A stretch of 20,000 bases of DNA from Piedraia hortae CBS 480.64 (taxonomy: Eukaryota), in contig MU006015.1 in NCBI GenBank assembly GCA_010093745.1, positions 73,057-93,056 on the forward strand. Reading direction: 5' to 3'. The position numbers were made by a program, and so were the translations under genes. Below, piece by piece: positions 19,707-20,000 of the stretch (position 1 is its first letter; each line of letters starts with the position of its first letter). A model generated the notes under the pieces. The model saw only the letters and a program-made list of their open reading frames with translations, was not told the DNA's origin and did not search any database.

Positions 19707-20000
19707 AACCCGTGCAGCCATCATCGGCCGAATGGGCGGTCGCCCTGCCTAGCATAATGAGCAAACATCGGCGGGCCTCCGATGTTTGAAAAAAATGTTT
19801 GGTCTAAAAAGACGTCAAAATGATGGTAGAGTGCTCTAGAGTGCATGGAAAGGTGTTTTGGGAGATTCTGGAGGGGGTCGAAAAAATCCGCCTGCGATGT
19901 TTGCTTTCAGTTCGCCTAGGATGTTTGGTTTTTGCTGGACTTGTGGAGGCGAAATTTGAACAGGGTAATGAGATGGTCCCGATGCAGGTTAGGAAAAAAG

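Noticed and set aside
19502..19789. 95-aa ORF with GHVxSP repeats, and the repeat as a CRISPR array or point centromere
   Set aside because: GTG start and a peptide that merely mirrors the DNA repeat. There are no unique spacers or cas genes, and no AT-rich CDEII/CDEIII following the CDEI-like motifs.

Overview
Gene-dense, intron-poor ascomycete (Pezizomycotina-type) fungal genomic DNA. It holds ten recognisable protein-coding genes: a 5'-truncated flavin amine/polyamine oxidase, ERV41-like COPII cargo receptor, Urb2/Npa2, Arp2, a DUF1771/Smr protein, a GH27 alpha-galactosidase, a Yke4/ZIP7-like zinc transporter, an EamA/DMT transporter, glutamate-cysteine ligase (GSH1) and an NsdD/SUB-1-like GATA factor. 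I reconstructed ten short spliceosomal introns (45-53 nt) by hand, which corrects several ORF-track starts and ends. No mobile element, CRISPR array or RNA gene is evident, and I found no convincing new multi-gene system. The best leads are: an Smr-family protein ending in a CaaX box; a signal-peptide GH27 ending in RDEL; a possible hidden four-exon orphan gene at 1379-1976; a degenerate ~30-bp tandem array of CACGTG/ACGT motifs upstream of the GATA gene; and a candidate uORF or alternative first exon for that gene.
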